Positions 22,087 through 31,617 of a stretch of 64,000 bases of DNA are shown here, in pieces. The stretch spans positions 128,001 through 192,000 of the forward strand of contig CAVZQC010000005.1 of NCBI GenBank assembly GCA_963777315.1, read 5' to 3'. Position numbers and translations under genes: made by a program. The notes under the pieces were generated by a model, which was not told the origin of the DNA, did not search any database, and saw only the letters and a program-made list of their open reading frames with translations. How positions within the stretch are numbered: position 1 is the first letter of the stretch; every line of letters starts with the position of its first letter. The stretch comes from Vulcanimicrobiota bacterium. GTDB taxonomy: Bacteria; Vulcanimicrobiota; Vulcanimicrobiia; Vulcanimicrobiales; Vulcanimicrobiaceae.

Positions 22087-22883
22087 TCGTTACCGGCGCC
22101 TTTACCGTCTTTGCTCTAGGTTTGCGCCATGGAGCAGATCCGGATCATTTGGCGGCGATCGACAACATGACGCGCAACTCCGTGCAGCGCCAGCCGCTCT
22201 TGAGTCGCTTCATCGGTACGCTCTTTGCCGGCGGCCATACGGTCATGGTGCTGGCGATCGCGGCATTGGTGGGCTATTTGGGATCGCTGTTTGCCGGTCG
22301 CGCGCAAATCATCGAAAACGCCGGCACGCTGATCAGCATCGTCGTGCTCGTGTTCATCGCTTTGCTGAACATGCGCCAGCTCGCGGCAGGCCAAACGGAT
22401 CGCGTTGCCGGTGCAAAAACGCGGCTGCTTCCGTCGTTTTTACGCAATGCGACCAGCCCGCTGGTGGCGATACCCGTGGGCCTGCTCTTCGGATTCGGAT
22501 TTGAAACGTCCAGCCAGATCGCCGCCTACGCCGTTGCCTTCGGCGCGGATGCAGGCGTCGCGGGGGCTCTGCTGGTCGGTTCGATGTTCTGCGTTGGAAT
22601 GGTGTGCACCGACACGCTGGACTCACTGTTCATTCATCGCCTCGTCACCTATCGTGCCGGTCGTCTCCCGCAGGTCATGCGAGTGTGGATCTGGTCCGTC
22701 ACGATGTTCGCGCTTGCGGTCGCCGCATACGAACTGTCCCAACTGCTCGGTTGGCGCTCACCGGCTTCGGATCTGGCGGTGAGCGGCATACTGGTCACCA
22801 TTCTCCTCGCGATCTTCGCATGGATCTTCCTCTCGACACGGCAATTGCGCCGTGCCGGTCCACTCTTGGAGCAGCTGCCATGA
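22083..22883 (+). CDS. NiCoT-family (HoxN/HupN/NixA) high-affinity nickel permease
   Basis: GLRHGADPDHLAAID, FAGGHT, LFGFGFETSSQ; GTGA overlap with the upstream gene. Confidence 0.9.
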   Translation: MIVTGAFTVFALGLRHGADPDHLAAIDNMTRNSVQRQPLLSRFIGTLFAGGHTVMVLAIAALVGYLGSLFAGRAQIIENAGTLISIVVLVFIALLNMRQLAAGQTDRVAGAKTRLLPSFLRNATSPLVAIPVGLLFGFGFETSSQIAAYAVAFGADAGVAGALLVGSMFCVGMVCTDTLDSLFIHRLVTYRAGRLPQVMRVWIWSVTMFALAVAAYELSQLLGWRSPASDLAVSGILVTILLAIFAWIFLSTRQLRRAGPLLEQLP

Positions 22884-23639
22884 AACATCGAATTCTCGGT
22901 AGCCTCGCCGTGCTCGTCGCTTTGGTGCTCGGCTTCACGTTATACGTGAACCGGCCCGCCCAGGCGTCCGATCATCAGGACTCTCCCGTCACGCTCGGGC
23001 GTCCAGGCGCGGATATTACCGATCCCTACGCGTTCCCCGCTCCCGACAACTCGAACAACGTCGTGTTGGTCATGGACGTGCATCCGCTGATCCCGCCCGG
23101 ACAAGCTCTTTCAACCTATTTCGATCCGGGCGTCGTCTATCAAATGAACTTCGACGGTTTGGACGAGAATGGGCCAACGCCCGGAAAGTCGATCCAGCAA
23201 TCGTTCATTTTACAGTTCGTCGCAGGTCAACCCGGGCCGAACCAGCAGATGTTCGTGTACGGGCCCAGCGCGCCGCTCGTCACCGGAAACCAAACGAAAC
23301 TGGTCGCGCTTTCCGGCCAGGGCACGATCAACGCGCCCTTTACCGTCGGTCATATGAAAATCTTTGCCGGCGGGCGGGAAGAGCCGTTCTTCTTCGATCT
23401 CGCGCAGTTCCTCAAGATACTGCCCGATCGCAACGCCGGAAGCGACGCTGCGAGTCTGTTTGCCCAAACTGGGCAACGACACGTGCCCGCAAGGTTTCAA
23501 CGATCCGGGTCAGGACTTTTTCAAAGGCTTTAACGTCCTTTCGCTGGTCGTCGAGATACCGCGCGCCGATCTCATCGCCGCTTGCGGCGGCAGCAAAATC
23601 GCGTATTGGGTGACCACCAATACGTCGGGCGGAAAGTAG
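22880..23639 (+). pseudogene. DUF4331-family secreted protein with one frameshift near 23455 (pseudogene or sequencing error)
   Basis: ASDHQDSP...ADITDPYAF...FAGGREEPFFFDL, continuing in another frame as DFFKGFNVLSLVVEIP. Confidence 0.75.
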
Positions 23640-23646
23640 GAGCATC

Positions 23647-24372
23647 ATGCGTATTCCATCATTCAAACTCCAATTCGTCGCGCTCGGCGCGGCGCTGATG
23701 CTCGCCGCATGCGGCGGCTCGGGAACATCCAGTCCGGCCAATCCGCCGGGCGCTCCATCCGCACCGGGCGGCGGCAATTCGTCCAGCGGGCCGACGGCCG
23801 CGCTGGGAAACGGGCCGTTTCAACAGCTGGATCGGTTGAACCGGCCCGCGGTAAACGAAGTCTTTGCGACTTTTGCCCAGCACCAGCAGAACAACGTCGA
23901 TACGCCCAACCAAGACGTAGCCATCTTGGGGCCGGAAATCTACGCCTTCACCACGAGCGTGGGCGGACGCAGCAGCGCGATTGCGAACGTGCTGCGTTCG
24001 GTGCTCACGCCTGACGTGCAGATCATGGATCTCTCGGGCACGAGTTCGTCGTGCATCGGCAGCGCGCCGGGTACGTGCAACAACTATCTGGGCATCGAAA
24101 CCGGCGGTGCTCTACAATTGCCGGCCGGCCGCAAACCGTTCGGCGGACGAGCCCTGACCGACGACATCGTTACGACGTCGCTGTCGGCAATATTCGGAAA
24201 CGCAATCCCGTCACTCAAACTCGCGCCCGACGACAACAACGAATCCGACGGCCGCGCGGACTCCTCGTATCCCTCAGGGCACCGGCCGAACCTGACCAGC
24301 GACAACGTCACCTGGCAGAGTGCGCCCAAACACTTCACCTCGACGTTCCCGTACTTGGGAGCCCCGCACTAA
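23647..24372 (+). CDS. DUF4331-family lipoprotein
   Basis: Lipobox LAAC; QLDRLNRPAVN, GGRALTDD, C-terminal FPYLGAPH. Confidence 0.85.
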   Translation: MRIPSFKLQFVALGAALMLAACGGSGTSSPANPPGAPSAPGGGNSSSGPTAALGNGPFQQLDRLNRPAVNEVFATFAQHQQNNVDTPNQDVAILGPEIYAFTTSVGGRSSAIANVLRSVLTPDVQIMDLSGTSSSCIGSAPGTCNNYLGIETGGALQLPAGRKPFGGRALTDDIVTTSLSAIFGNAIPSLKLAPDDNNESDGRADSSYPSGHRPNLTSDNVTWQSAPKHFTSTFPYLGAPH

Positions 24373-24468
24373 AGGACGCACGGCGCACCCGCGCTCATGG
24401 CTCTTGCGGCGATTGCATGCAATGCGATCGCCGCTTGGCCGTCCGGCGGCGGTTGTCGTACGCGCACA

Positions 24469-24534
24469 CGCCGCAAACACATCGCTTCAACGAATGCGTT
24501 TGAGCGGGTGAACGCCGAGATTAAGCGGCACACA
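24469..24534 (+). mobile_element. IS256-family transposase remnant
   Basis: Translates RRKHIASTNAFERVNAEIKRHT, matching the IS256 STNxxERxNxEIKRRT motif; no full ORF. Confidence 0.65.
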
Positions 24535-24874
24535 ACCGAAGGTCGCGTTCGGTCGGGCGCTTAACGTTGGCCTGAACGCGCTACCAACAGAAACACGGGT
24601 GTCGGAATTACCGCGCTGGAGGCCTCTTTGTCTACAGGGAAATGCGAAGCGCAAAACTGCCCGATACATGTACACGTTTTTTAAGCAATGGAACCGGCAG
24701 TATCGACGAGATCACTGCTCCATTTGCATTGCATATCCGATTCAAGTATTTCATTCTCAACGGCCGTCTGTTTTCTTCGGACCATTTCGATGATCTTGGA
24801 TACTCCTACATGCACGAAAACAGATGGGTAGCGCCCTCTTCTGGAAGACTCCTATCGTTGCACCCGTCATCTGC

Positions 24875-25447
24875 CTATTCCCATTCACCGTGCCACCGTG
24901 CGTTCTGTAAGTGCTTTTGGGCGGCGCGCACGAAACGGCGTTCACTCTCCATGCGGCTCAGCGCGTGCAGCGCGGCAAGGGAGCCTGGCCCGGAGCGTTT
25001 TTCCACATCGCCGAAGAGGCGCTTTATCCGGCGCTCGTGCACTTGGATCTCGATGTCTCGCTTCTCGAGCATTTCCATGGCTGCCGCCCTGGTCAATTGC
25101 CCCAGCAACACAACTGCAACCTCAAGCGCTGAATCGCTTGACTGGCAATCGTTGAACACGTGATGCAATAGTTCAATGAAATGCGCTTCGCCCGACGCCG
25201 AAAGGCTAAAGACGCCCTTGTTCTCATTACGCCCGCGTGTCGCTCTCACGGTTCGCCGGGAGAGATAGCCGGCTTTCGCCAATCGATCCAACAAATGATA
25301 GATATTTCCCCGCCCTAACGGGCGATACAGCGGGGAATGGTTGCGCACTGCGTGATCAACGGCATAGGCCGAGAGCGGCTGCCGCCGCAGAATGCCCAGC
25401 ACTAACAGCTCACGCCCCGCGTCGGAGTTCACGACCGTCGATTGCAT
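24875..25447 (-). CDS. PadR-family transcriptional regulator
   Basis: LLVLGILRRQPLSAYAV...GNIYHLLDRLAKAGYL...FSLSASG. Confidence 0.82.
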   Translation of the reverse strand: MQSTVVNSDAGRELLVLGILRRQPLSAYAVDHAVRNHSPLYRPLGRGNIYHLLDRLAKAGYLSRRTVRATRGRNENKGVFSLSASGEAHFIELLHHVFNDCQSSDSALEVAVVLLGQLTRAAAMEMLEKRDIEIQVHERRIKRLFGDVEKRSGPGSLAALHALSRMESERRFVRAAQKHLQNARWHGEWE

Positions 25448-28400
25448 AAGGGACGGTGGTTCGCGCGCGCGGCGCCTTCGCCCCGCGATACCAGACGTAT
25501 GCGACCGGAACCACGAAAAGCGTCAAGAGCAGCGAGCTCGATAAACCGCCGATGACCACGGTTCCGAGTGCGCGCCGGTACTCCGCCCCAATCGTGTGTC
25601 CTGCCGCTAGCGGGAGCATGCCGGCGATCATCGCGGCGGTGGTCATAAGAATAGGCCGCAGTCGCAGCTGCGCAGCGTTCGCGATCGCGTCGGCCCCACT
25701 CGCGCCGCCTCGAACCGCGCGCTCCGCGTACTCGACGAGTAAGATGCCATTTTTCGCGACTAAGCCGACCAACATGACGATCCCGAGCATTGAATAGAGA
25801 TTGAGCGTCTGTGAGGGCACGTGCATGACGTTTAACATGAAAAGCACTCCCAATGCACCCGCCGAAGCCAGCGGGACGGTGAGCATAATGACGAGCGGCA
25901 GCGTGTAATTGCGATAAAGCACCGCCAAAATTACGTAAACGCCTATCAGCGAAAACAGCAGCGCCGCGAAGATTTTCGAAACCGCGTCCAGGAATTGCTC
26001 GACGTCGCCACGCGGTTCAACGCGCGTTCCCGGCGGCAAGAATGCCGGGTCTGCAATCTGCTTGGCGATTGGGGCACTCACCAAGCTTAAAGGCGCCCCG
26101 CGCTGCGCGTTTGCACTTACGGTCACGATGCGTTCGCCGTCCTCGCGCTGGACGATGGTGGGCTCGCGCAGCCTTCGCACGCGCGTAAGATCCTCCAGGG
26201 GTATCAATCGCCCGTCACCGGCGCGTACGGGAAAACGCATTAAAGCATCCAGATCGCCGCTGTCCGAGCCACCGGCCCGTACGATAACGTCCTGTAGTCC
26301 GGCATCCTCTCGGGCGCGCGCGGCGATGCTTCCTCCTGTTGCAATGCGTGCGGTGCGCGCGACATCATCCGGTGAGACGCCTAGCATCTGGCTGCGCGAA
26401 AAATCGACGTCTACTTCGAAACGCCGCCGCAGCCCCGAATCGCTCGTTTGCACATCGGTCGCATACGGATTGCTGCGAAGCGATGCGGCAATGCGCTGCG
26501 CCGCTGCATCGATGACTGCCGGATCGCCGCCGATCGTGTAGCTGATGCCGGCCGCGCCTCCCATGCCGGTGCCCGCTCCGGCGATTGTTGCCTGCGGAAT
26601 AAGGGCCGTCATGTTTTTGATCCGGCGCTCGACTTCTCCACCGTTTGACGTCGGGTCGCTCAGCACCATCGTCAGCTGCGCGACGTTGCCGGCGAACACG
26701 TCCGCACTGCCGTTGAAGGCGCGCCCGGCGCTCTCTTCCACATGCAATACGGCTGGATCGTCCAATAGTGCTTGGTTTACGCGCTGCGCGGCTGCGTCCG
26801 TTTGCGCCAAAGGCGTGCCGGCCGGCAAGGTTAGCGTCATCGTTACAAGCCCGCGATTCACCGGTGGTGAAAACTCCGCCGGAATCGCACCCGACACAAG
26901 CGGCACGAATGAAAGTGCGCAGATCGCCGCAGCAGCAACCACAACGGTCTTCGGCCGGCGGATTGCTGCGGGCAGCCAACGGCGTGCGTACGTTTCGGCC
27001 AGGTGCTGCTCGACGTGATTGAACCAATTGATCGCCGCATGCCATGCCGCCAAACCTCGCAAAACTGCTTCCGCGCGCATCGTCCATGGAAACGTCTTTG
27101 CTCGCTTGCGCAATGCCGCAAGCACGGCTCCATACGGCAACCCGTCAAGCGGCGCCGCGCCGGTGCGCAATGCCCAGCGCGCGGCGAGCAGCGGCGTCAA
27201 CGTCAAAGCTACGAGCAGCGAGAACGCCGTTGCGATAACGATGACCAAACCGAATTCGCGCATGAACTCGCCAACGATCCCGCCCATCATCGCAATCGGC
27301 GCAAAGACCGCAGCGTCGACCAAAGTGATGGCAAATGCCGCGCCGCCGAGCTCGCGGCGCCCCTCGAGTGCTGCTGCATCCGCCGAAAGACCGCCCGCCG
27401 CTGTCCGCGTAATCGCTTCGATGATCACGATGGAATCGTCCACCAGAATGCCGATTGTGAGCGATAGGCCCATGAGAGAAAGGACGTTCAGCGTTAAACC
27501 GAGCACCCACATCGTGGCAAATGCGGCGCAGAGCGAGGCCGGAATCGCAATTGCCGCGATGAGCGCGTTGCGCCATGCATGAAGAAAAAACAGCATAACG
27601 AGCACGGTCAGGAGTACGCCCTCGCCGAGCGTCTGGAAAACGCCGGCGATGGCGGCGTTTGTGGAAGGCTCGTCGGTACGCAACTCTTCAAACCGCACGG
27701 CGGGGAAGCGCTGCGCCAGTCGGCGCACGGCAGCACGCACACCGGCGATGGTGTGCAGCGCGTCGCTTCCGGACGCGTGCGTTACGTACACCAGCACAGC
27801 CGGCTGACCGTCGACGCGCGAGATAACGCTCTGCTCGGCGTACGTATTCTCCACGCGTGCCACGTCGGCGATCCGAACCGAAGCACGACCCGGGACCGTG
27901 AGCGGCAGGGTTCCTAATGCAGCGATACCGGTCGCGGCTGCGTCGATCCCGATATTTGCTTCGCTTGTCGCCGTACGCAGGCTTCCACCTGGAAGGACGT
28001 CGTTGCCCGCGCCGGCGGCGCCGAACAAATCCAAAAGCGTACCGCCCACTGCAGAAAGCGCCGCAGAACGCGGGCGAATGATGAATTGTCGCGTCTGCGC
28101 ACCCGACGTCTGTACGGTACCCGCACCGGGTACCGCCCGCAGTGCCGGTAAAATGTTTTTCGACAAGGTGTCCGCGAGCGTCCCGGGTGCTACGAGTTCC
28201 GAACTGATCGCCTCTTCCAACACCGGCGCTTGCGTTGGATCGCCGCGCGAGACCAGCGGCGGCAACAAGTCCGCCGGCAAGTTTGCGCGCGCCGCATCTA
28301 CGGCTTGTTGCACATACGTGCGGTCGACCTCGATGTTGCTGCCGAACCGGAACTGCACGCTGATTTGGGCTACGCCGCTTTGCGCCGATGAATCCACGTG

Positions 28401-28643
28401 CTGTACATCGGGCAGCGCGCTTACTTGATCTTCGATCGGCTCGATCACCAAACGTTCGATCTCGGCTGCCGCTGCGCCGGGATATGGCGCGGACACCGTG
28501 ATAACCGGAAGCGCGATCGGCGGCAAAATGCTGCGTCCCATCATCATAACGGCCGCCGCGCCCGACAGCATGATGACGATAAAGAACAGCGTCGCGGCAA
28601 CGGGGTTATTTAGGGCAAAGCGCGTAAGAGGCACGCGCCACAC
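25410..28643 (-). CDS. RND efflux transporter permease (AcrB/AcrD/AcrF family)
   Basis: 1077 aa; YPGA, GILVDDSIV, VAKNGILLVE, RLRPILMT proton-relay motifs. Confidence 0.93.
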   Translation of the reverse strand: MWRVPLTRFALNNPVAATLFFIVIMLSGAAAVMMMGRSILPPIALPVITVSAPYPGAAAAEIERLVIEPIEDQVSALPDVQHVDSSAQSGVAQISVQFRFGSNIEVDRTYVQQAVDAARANLPADLLPPLVSRGDPTQAPVLEEAISSELVAPGTLADTLSKNILPALRAVPGAGTVQTSGAQTRQFIIRPRSAALSAVGGTLLDLFGAAGAGNDVLPGGSLRTATSEANIGIDAAATGIAALGTLPLTVPGRASVRIADVARVENTYAEQSVISRVDGQPAVLVYVTHASGSDALHTIAGVRAAVRRLAQRFPAVRFEELRTDEPSTNAAIAGVFQTLGEGVLLTVLVMLFFLHAWRNALIAAIAIPASLCAAFATMWVLGLTLNVLSLMGLSLTIGILVDDSIVIIEAITRTAAGGLSADAAALEGRRELGGAAFAITLVDAAVFAPIAMMGGIVGEFMREFGLVIVIATAFSLLVALTLTPLLAARWALRTGAAPLDGLPYGAVLAALRKRAKTFPWTMRAEAVLRGLAAWHAAINWFNHVEQHLAETYARRWLPAAIRRPKTVVVAAAAICALSFVPLVSGAIPAEFSPPVNRGLVTMTLTLPAGTPLAQTDAAAQRVNQALLDDPAVLHVEESAGRAFNGSADVFAGNVAQLTMVLSDPTSNGGEVERRIKNMTALIPQATIAGAGTGMGGAAGISYTIGGDPAVIDAAAQRIAASLRSNPYATDVQTSDSGLRRRFEVDVDFSRSQMLGVSPDDVARTARIATGGSIAARAREDAGLQDVIVRAGGSDSGDLDALMRFPVRAGDGRLIPLEDLTRVRRLREPTIVQREDGERIVTVSANAQRGAPLSLVSAPIAKQIADPAFLPPGTRVEPRGDVEQFLDAVSKIFAALLFSLIGVYVILAVLYRNYTLPLVIMLTVPLASAGALGVLFMLNVMHVPSQTLNLYSMLGIVMLVGLVAKNGILLVEYAERAVRGGASGADAIANAAQLRLRPILMTTAAMIAGMLPLAAGHTIGAEYRRALGTVVIGGLSSSLLLTLFVVPVAYVWYRGAKAPRARTTVPYAIDGRELRRGA

Positions 28644-28759
28644 CTTTGCTGCCGCAGCGACGGCATGCTGCGCGATCGACGCTGGAATTACTCCACCGTG
28701 AAGTAATCCGGTCCATTGCGCCCCTGTTGCGGCTCGTCAAGTGCGCGTAATGTCAACCT

Positions 28760-29125
28760 ATGAACATTATCTTACTCGCTATACTACTCGCCCAAATGGG
28801 TATGCACGCACCCCCCGTGCCCATGACTCCGGAGCAATTTGCTCAGGCGGTGCCGGGCCAAAATGTGCAAATTGCGGTCCGCGTAGACGGCGTGCAGCGC
28901 ACGACCATTTATGCCGAGCTGCTTCGCCATGAAACCGACAGCACGGCGAAAGCCACGGGCCGGCACGTTGTTCTGTACTTCGCAGGCGGAACGCCGGTTG
29001 TGATGGGCAGCGCAAGCGACGTTGCCAAAGGCGCGCTGCTTTACGTGTACGGCATCATCACGAAATCCAATCACGTGGACGCCAAACGGGTCGTCGTTGA
29101 TACGCGCTTCATTAAAGTCGAGTAA
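28760..29125 (+). CDS. Hypothetical secreted protein (possible OB-fold)
   Basis: Signal peptide, beta-rich; 2 nt from the next gene. Confidence 0.65.
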   Translation: MNIILLAILLAQMGMHAPPVPMTPEQFAQAVPGQNVQIAVRVDGVQRTTIYAELLRHETDSTAKATGRHVVLYFAGGTPVVMGSASDVAKGALLYVYGIITKSNHVDAKRVVVDTRFIKVE

Positions 29126-29127
29126 CG

Positions 29128-29496
29128 GTGAGCCTATCGGATTTGGTCGCGTGGAGTGCCGTCGCGGCCGTTCCGCTGGGCGCGGGCACAGGGTGGGTAT
29201 TGCGGCGATGGGGACCTGGGCGCTTCGTCAGCCGCATGCGACCCCACTACGTACTTGGCTACACGGCGCTCGCGATCGCAGCGCTTCACGTCACACTCGT
29301 CATCGGCTCGATGCAGGCTGCCAATGCGGAAGGGCTTTGGTTTGCAACCTTCGCATTCGGCGCTCTTGGCGTGCAGACGTTTCTGGGCGCGAGCCTCCAA
29401 TCGCCGGGTGTTTATCGTGCACCGCTGCGGCGTTGGCACATGTTGTTGTTTTGGACGATTGGCGTGCTCATTCTTGGGCACATCGTTTTCGACTAG
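29128..29496 (+). CDS. Small membrane protein with TM histidines (cytochrome b/ferric reductase-like)
   Basis: Four hydrophobic segments; PHYVLGY, ALHV, RRWH, LGHI. Confidence 0.6.
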   Translation: MSLSDLVAWSAVAAVPLGAGTGWVLRRWGPGRFVSRMRPHYVLGYTALAIAALHVTLVIGSMQAANAEGLWFATFAFGALGVQTFLGASLQSPGVYRAPLRRWHMLLFWTIGVLILGHIVFD

Positions 29497-29500
29497 GCCG

Positions 29501-31522
29501 CTACCTCAGCTTGAAGATGGCAAGTGCGTCGCCGTACGAATAGCCGAGTTGGAAGTTTCCGCCGGCGGCTACGGCGATGTACTGTACGCCGTGAACGGCG
29601 TAACTGATCGCCGGCGCGTTGACCCCGGCGCCCAAATAGTAACGCCACAACCGTTTGCCGCTCGCGGCATCGTACGCATCGAACCAGCCGTTACCCTCGC
29701 CCATGAACGCCAGACCGCCGGCGGTCGTCAGGGCTCCGCCGATGAGCGGCTGTGGCGTCATCACCGTCCAGGCAATCTTTCCCGTGTCCACGCTGATTGC
29801 AACGAAACGCCCATCTTGAACGCCGCCGGGTGCGACGTTGGTGAACGCGCTTCCCAGACGCAGGTGACCTGGGGCCGCATTTGTCGGACCCGTCGTGAAG
29901 TTCATCAATTGATCCATTCCGAGCACGTACACCATGTGCGTCTTCGGGGAATAGGCTACCGGTGACCATTCCGCACCGCCGTTCGCGCCCGGAAGCATTT
30001 TTACGCCAACTTTCGTCGGTGTCGTGAACATGTTCTTGCTCATCGCAACGTAGGGCTGTGACTTGCGGATCAATTTTCCCGTGTTCCGGTTCACGATGAA
30101 GAACCAGCCGACTTTGCCGGCTTCGCCTGCGGCGGGAATCTTTCGTCCGTTCATCGTGACGTCGAACAGCACCACCGGGCTGGTTGCGTCGTAATCCCAA
30201 ACATCGTGCCGCACTTCCTGATAGCCCCATTTGAATTTTCCCGTGCGCGCGTCGAGCCCAACGATCGAGTCGGTCCACCGGTTGTCGCCTTTGCGCACCG
30301 TGCCGCTCAAGTCCGGATTGGGGTTGCCCGTTGAAAAGATCAGCAGGTTGCGCTGCGCATCCAGCGCGGGCGTCGTCCACACCATGCCGCCGCCTTTCTT
30401 CCACGAATCGCCGGCGTACGTCTTCGGATCCGGCGTCCTCCACCGCCAACGTTGCTTACCGGTTTTGGCCTCGTAGGAAGCCACGAAACCACCGATTGCC
30501 CATTCACCGCCTGCGCTGCCGATGATGATGCTCCCGTCGTATGCGACCGGCGTCATCGTCTCGGAATAGCCGAGCTTCGGATCGGCTACGCGCACGGCCC
30601 AGCGTTGTTTTCCGGTCCGCGCATCGAGCGCGACGAGTTTGTCGTCGAGCGTCGTAAAATATACCATGCCGTAAGCGAGCGTAGGACCGCGGTTGACCGG
30701 ACCGCAGCAGATTTGAAAGTTGCCAAGGTTGTACGTCGTTTCCCAATACGGCGCAGCCGTGGCCGCATTCAGCGCCATGATCTTCATTTGGTTGTTTTCC
30801 ACGCCCGTCGTGATGAACATGACGCCGTCCACCACAATCGGCGTCACCTCGAAACTGGCGGCGATGCCGGTTTGAGCAATGGCTACCGGAACGAGATTTC
30901 TAACGTTCGACGCGGTGATCTGCGTGAGCGGCGAATACCGATCGTTGGCATACGTGCGTCCATGAACGAGCCAGTCGTTCGCGTCCGATGCGGCACTGCG
31001 CATCATGCTGTCGGAAAGCCCGATCCTGGCAGACGAGGGAATCGGCGCGATCGACTTTGTCGACGGGGGCACGGCGCGCACGATCTCGTTCGTTCCTTGA
31101 TTGCCGGGCGCCGGAGTGCCCTTCGTCGCTCCCGACTTTCCGGTGATTTTCGTCTCAGACGGCGGAGCACCGCTCTCTAAGCGGCCGTTTTTCTGCAAAA
31201 GGAATGCCGTCACTTCCTCGTACTGTGCTGAACTCAAACTTCCGGGAGCGTTCGCGGGCATCTGCCGGTGAATGAAGTCGTAGAGTTGCTCTGGCGTCGG
31301 GTAAGCGTTGTTGAACGACGAGCCGAGAAGCCGTGGCCCCGATTGGCCTTGCAGGTTCGCCCCGTGGCACTGCGCGCACGATTGCGCGTACACCGTAGCT
31401 CCCGCAGCGGCTTGTGCGGCGGTGTATTGCGCTTGCGCTCCACGTGAGATTGCAAGTCCGCCGATGGCTAGAACGAAGGCGATTACGCCGGCCGATGTGT
31501 ACCGGGAAAACGTGTGCTGCAT
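29501..31522 (-). CDS. PQQ-dependent (alcohol-type) dehydrogenase with N-terminal cytochrome c domain
   Basis: Signal peptide, CAQCH haem motif, MPANAPGSL, W-repeat propeller (ALDARTGKQRW), CCGPVNRG, HDVWDYD. Confidence 0.9.
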   Translation of the reverse strand: MQHTFSRYTSAGVIAFVLAIGGLAISRGAQAQYTAAQAAAGATVYAQSCAQCHGANLQGQSGPRLLGSSFNNAYPTPEQLYDFIHRQMPANAPGSLSSAQYEEVTAFLLQKNGRLESGAPPSETKITGKSGATKGTPAPGNQGTNEIVRAVPPSTKSIAPIPSSARIGLSDSMMRSAASDANDWLVHGRTYANDRYSPLTQITASNVRNLVPVAIAQTGIAASFEVTPIVVDGVMFITTGVENNQMKIMALNAATAAPYWETTYNLGNFQICCGPVNRGPTLAYGMVYFTTLDDKLVALDARTGKQRWAVRVADPKLGYSETMTPVAYDGSIIIGSAGGEWAIGGFVASYEAKTGKQRWRWRTPDPKTYAGDSWKKGGGMVWTTPALDAQRNLLIFSTGNPNPDLSGTVRKGDNRWTDSIVGLDARTGKFKWGYQEVRHDVWDYDATSPVVLFDVTMNGRKIPAAGEAGKVGWFFIVNRNTGKLIRKSQPYVAMSKNMFTTPTKVGVKMLPGANGGAEWSPVAYSPKTHMVYVLGMDQLMNFTTGPTNAAPGHLRLGSAFTNVAPGGVQDGRFVAISVDTGKIAWTVMTPQPLIGGALTTAGGLAFMGEGNGWFDAYDAASGKRLWRYYLGAGVNAPAISYAVHGVQYIAVAAGGNFQLGYSYGDALAIFKLR

Positions 31523-31617
31523 CGAAGACCTCCACGAAATAGCAACGGCTCCTCGAAAAGTATACGCCCTTGCATAATGAAAAGGAAAGGCCGTTCACCG
31601 GCCGATACAACAATGCC

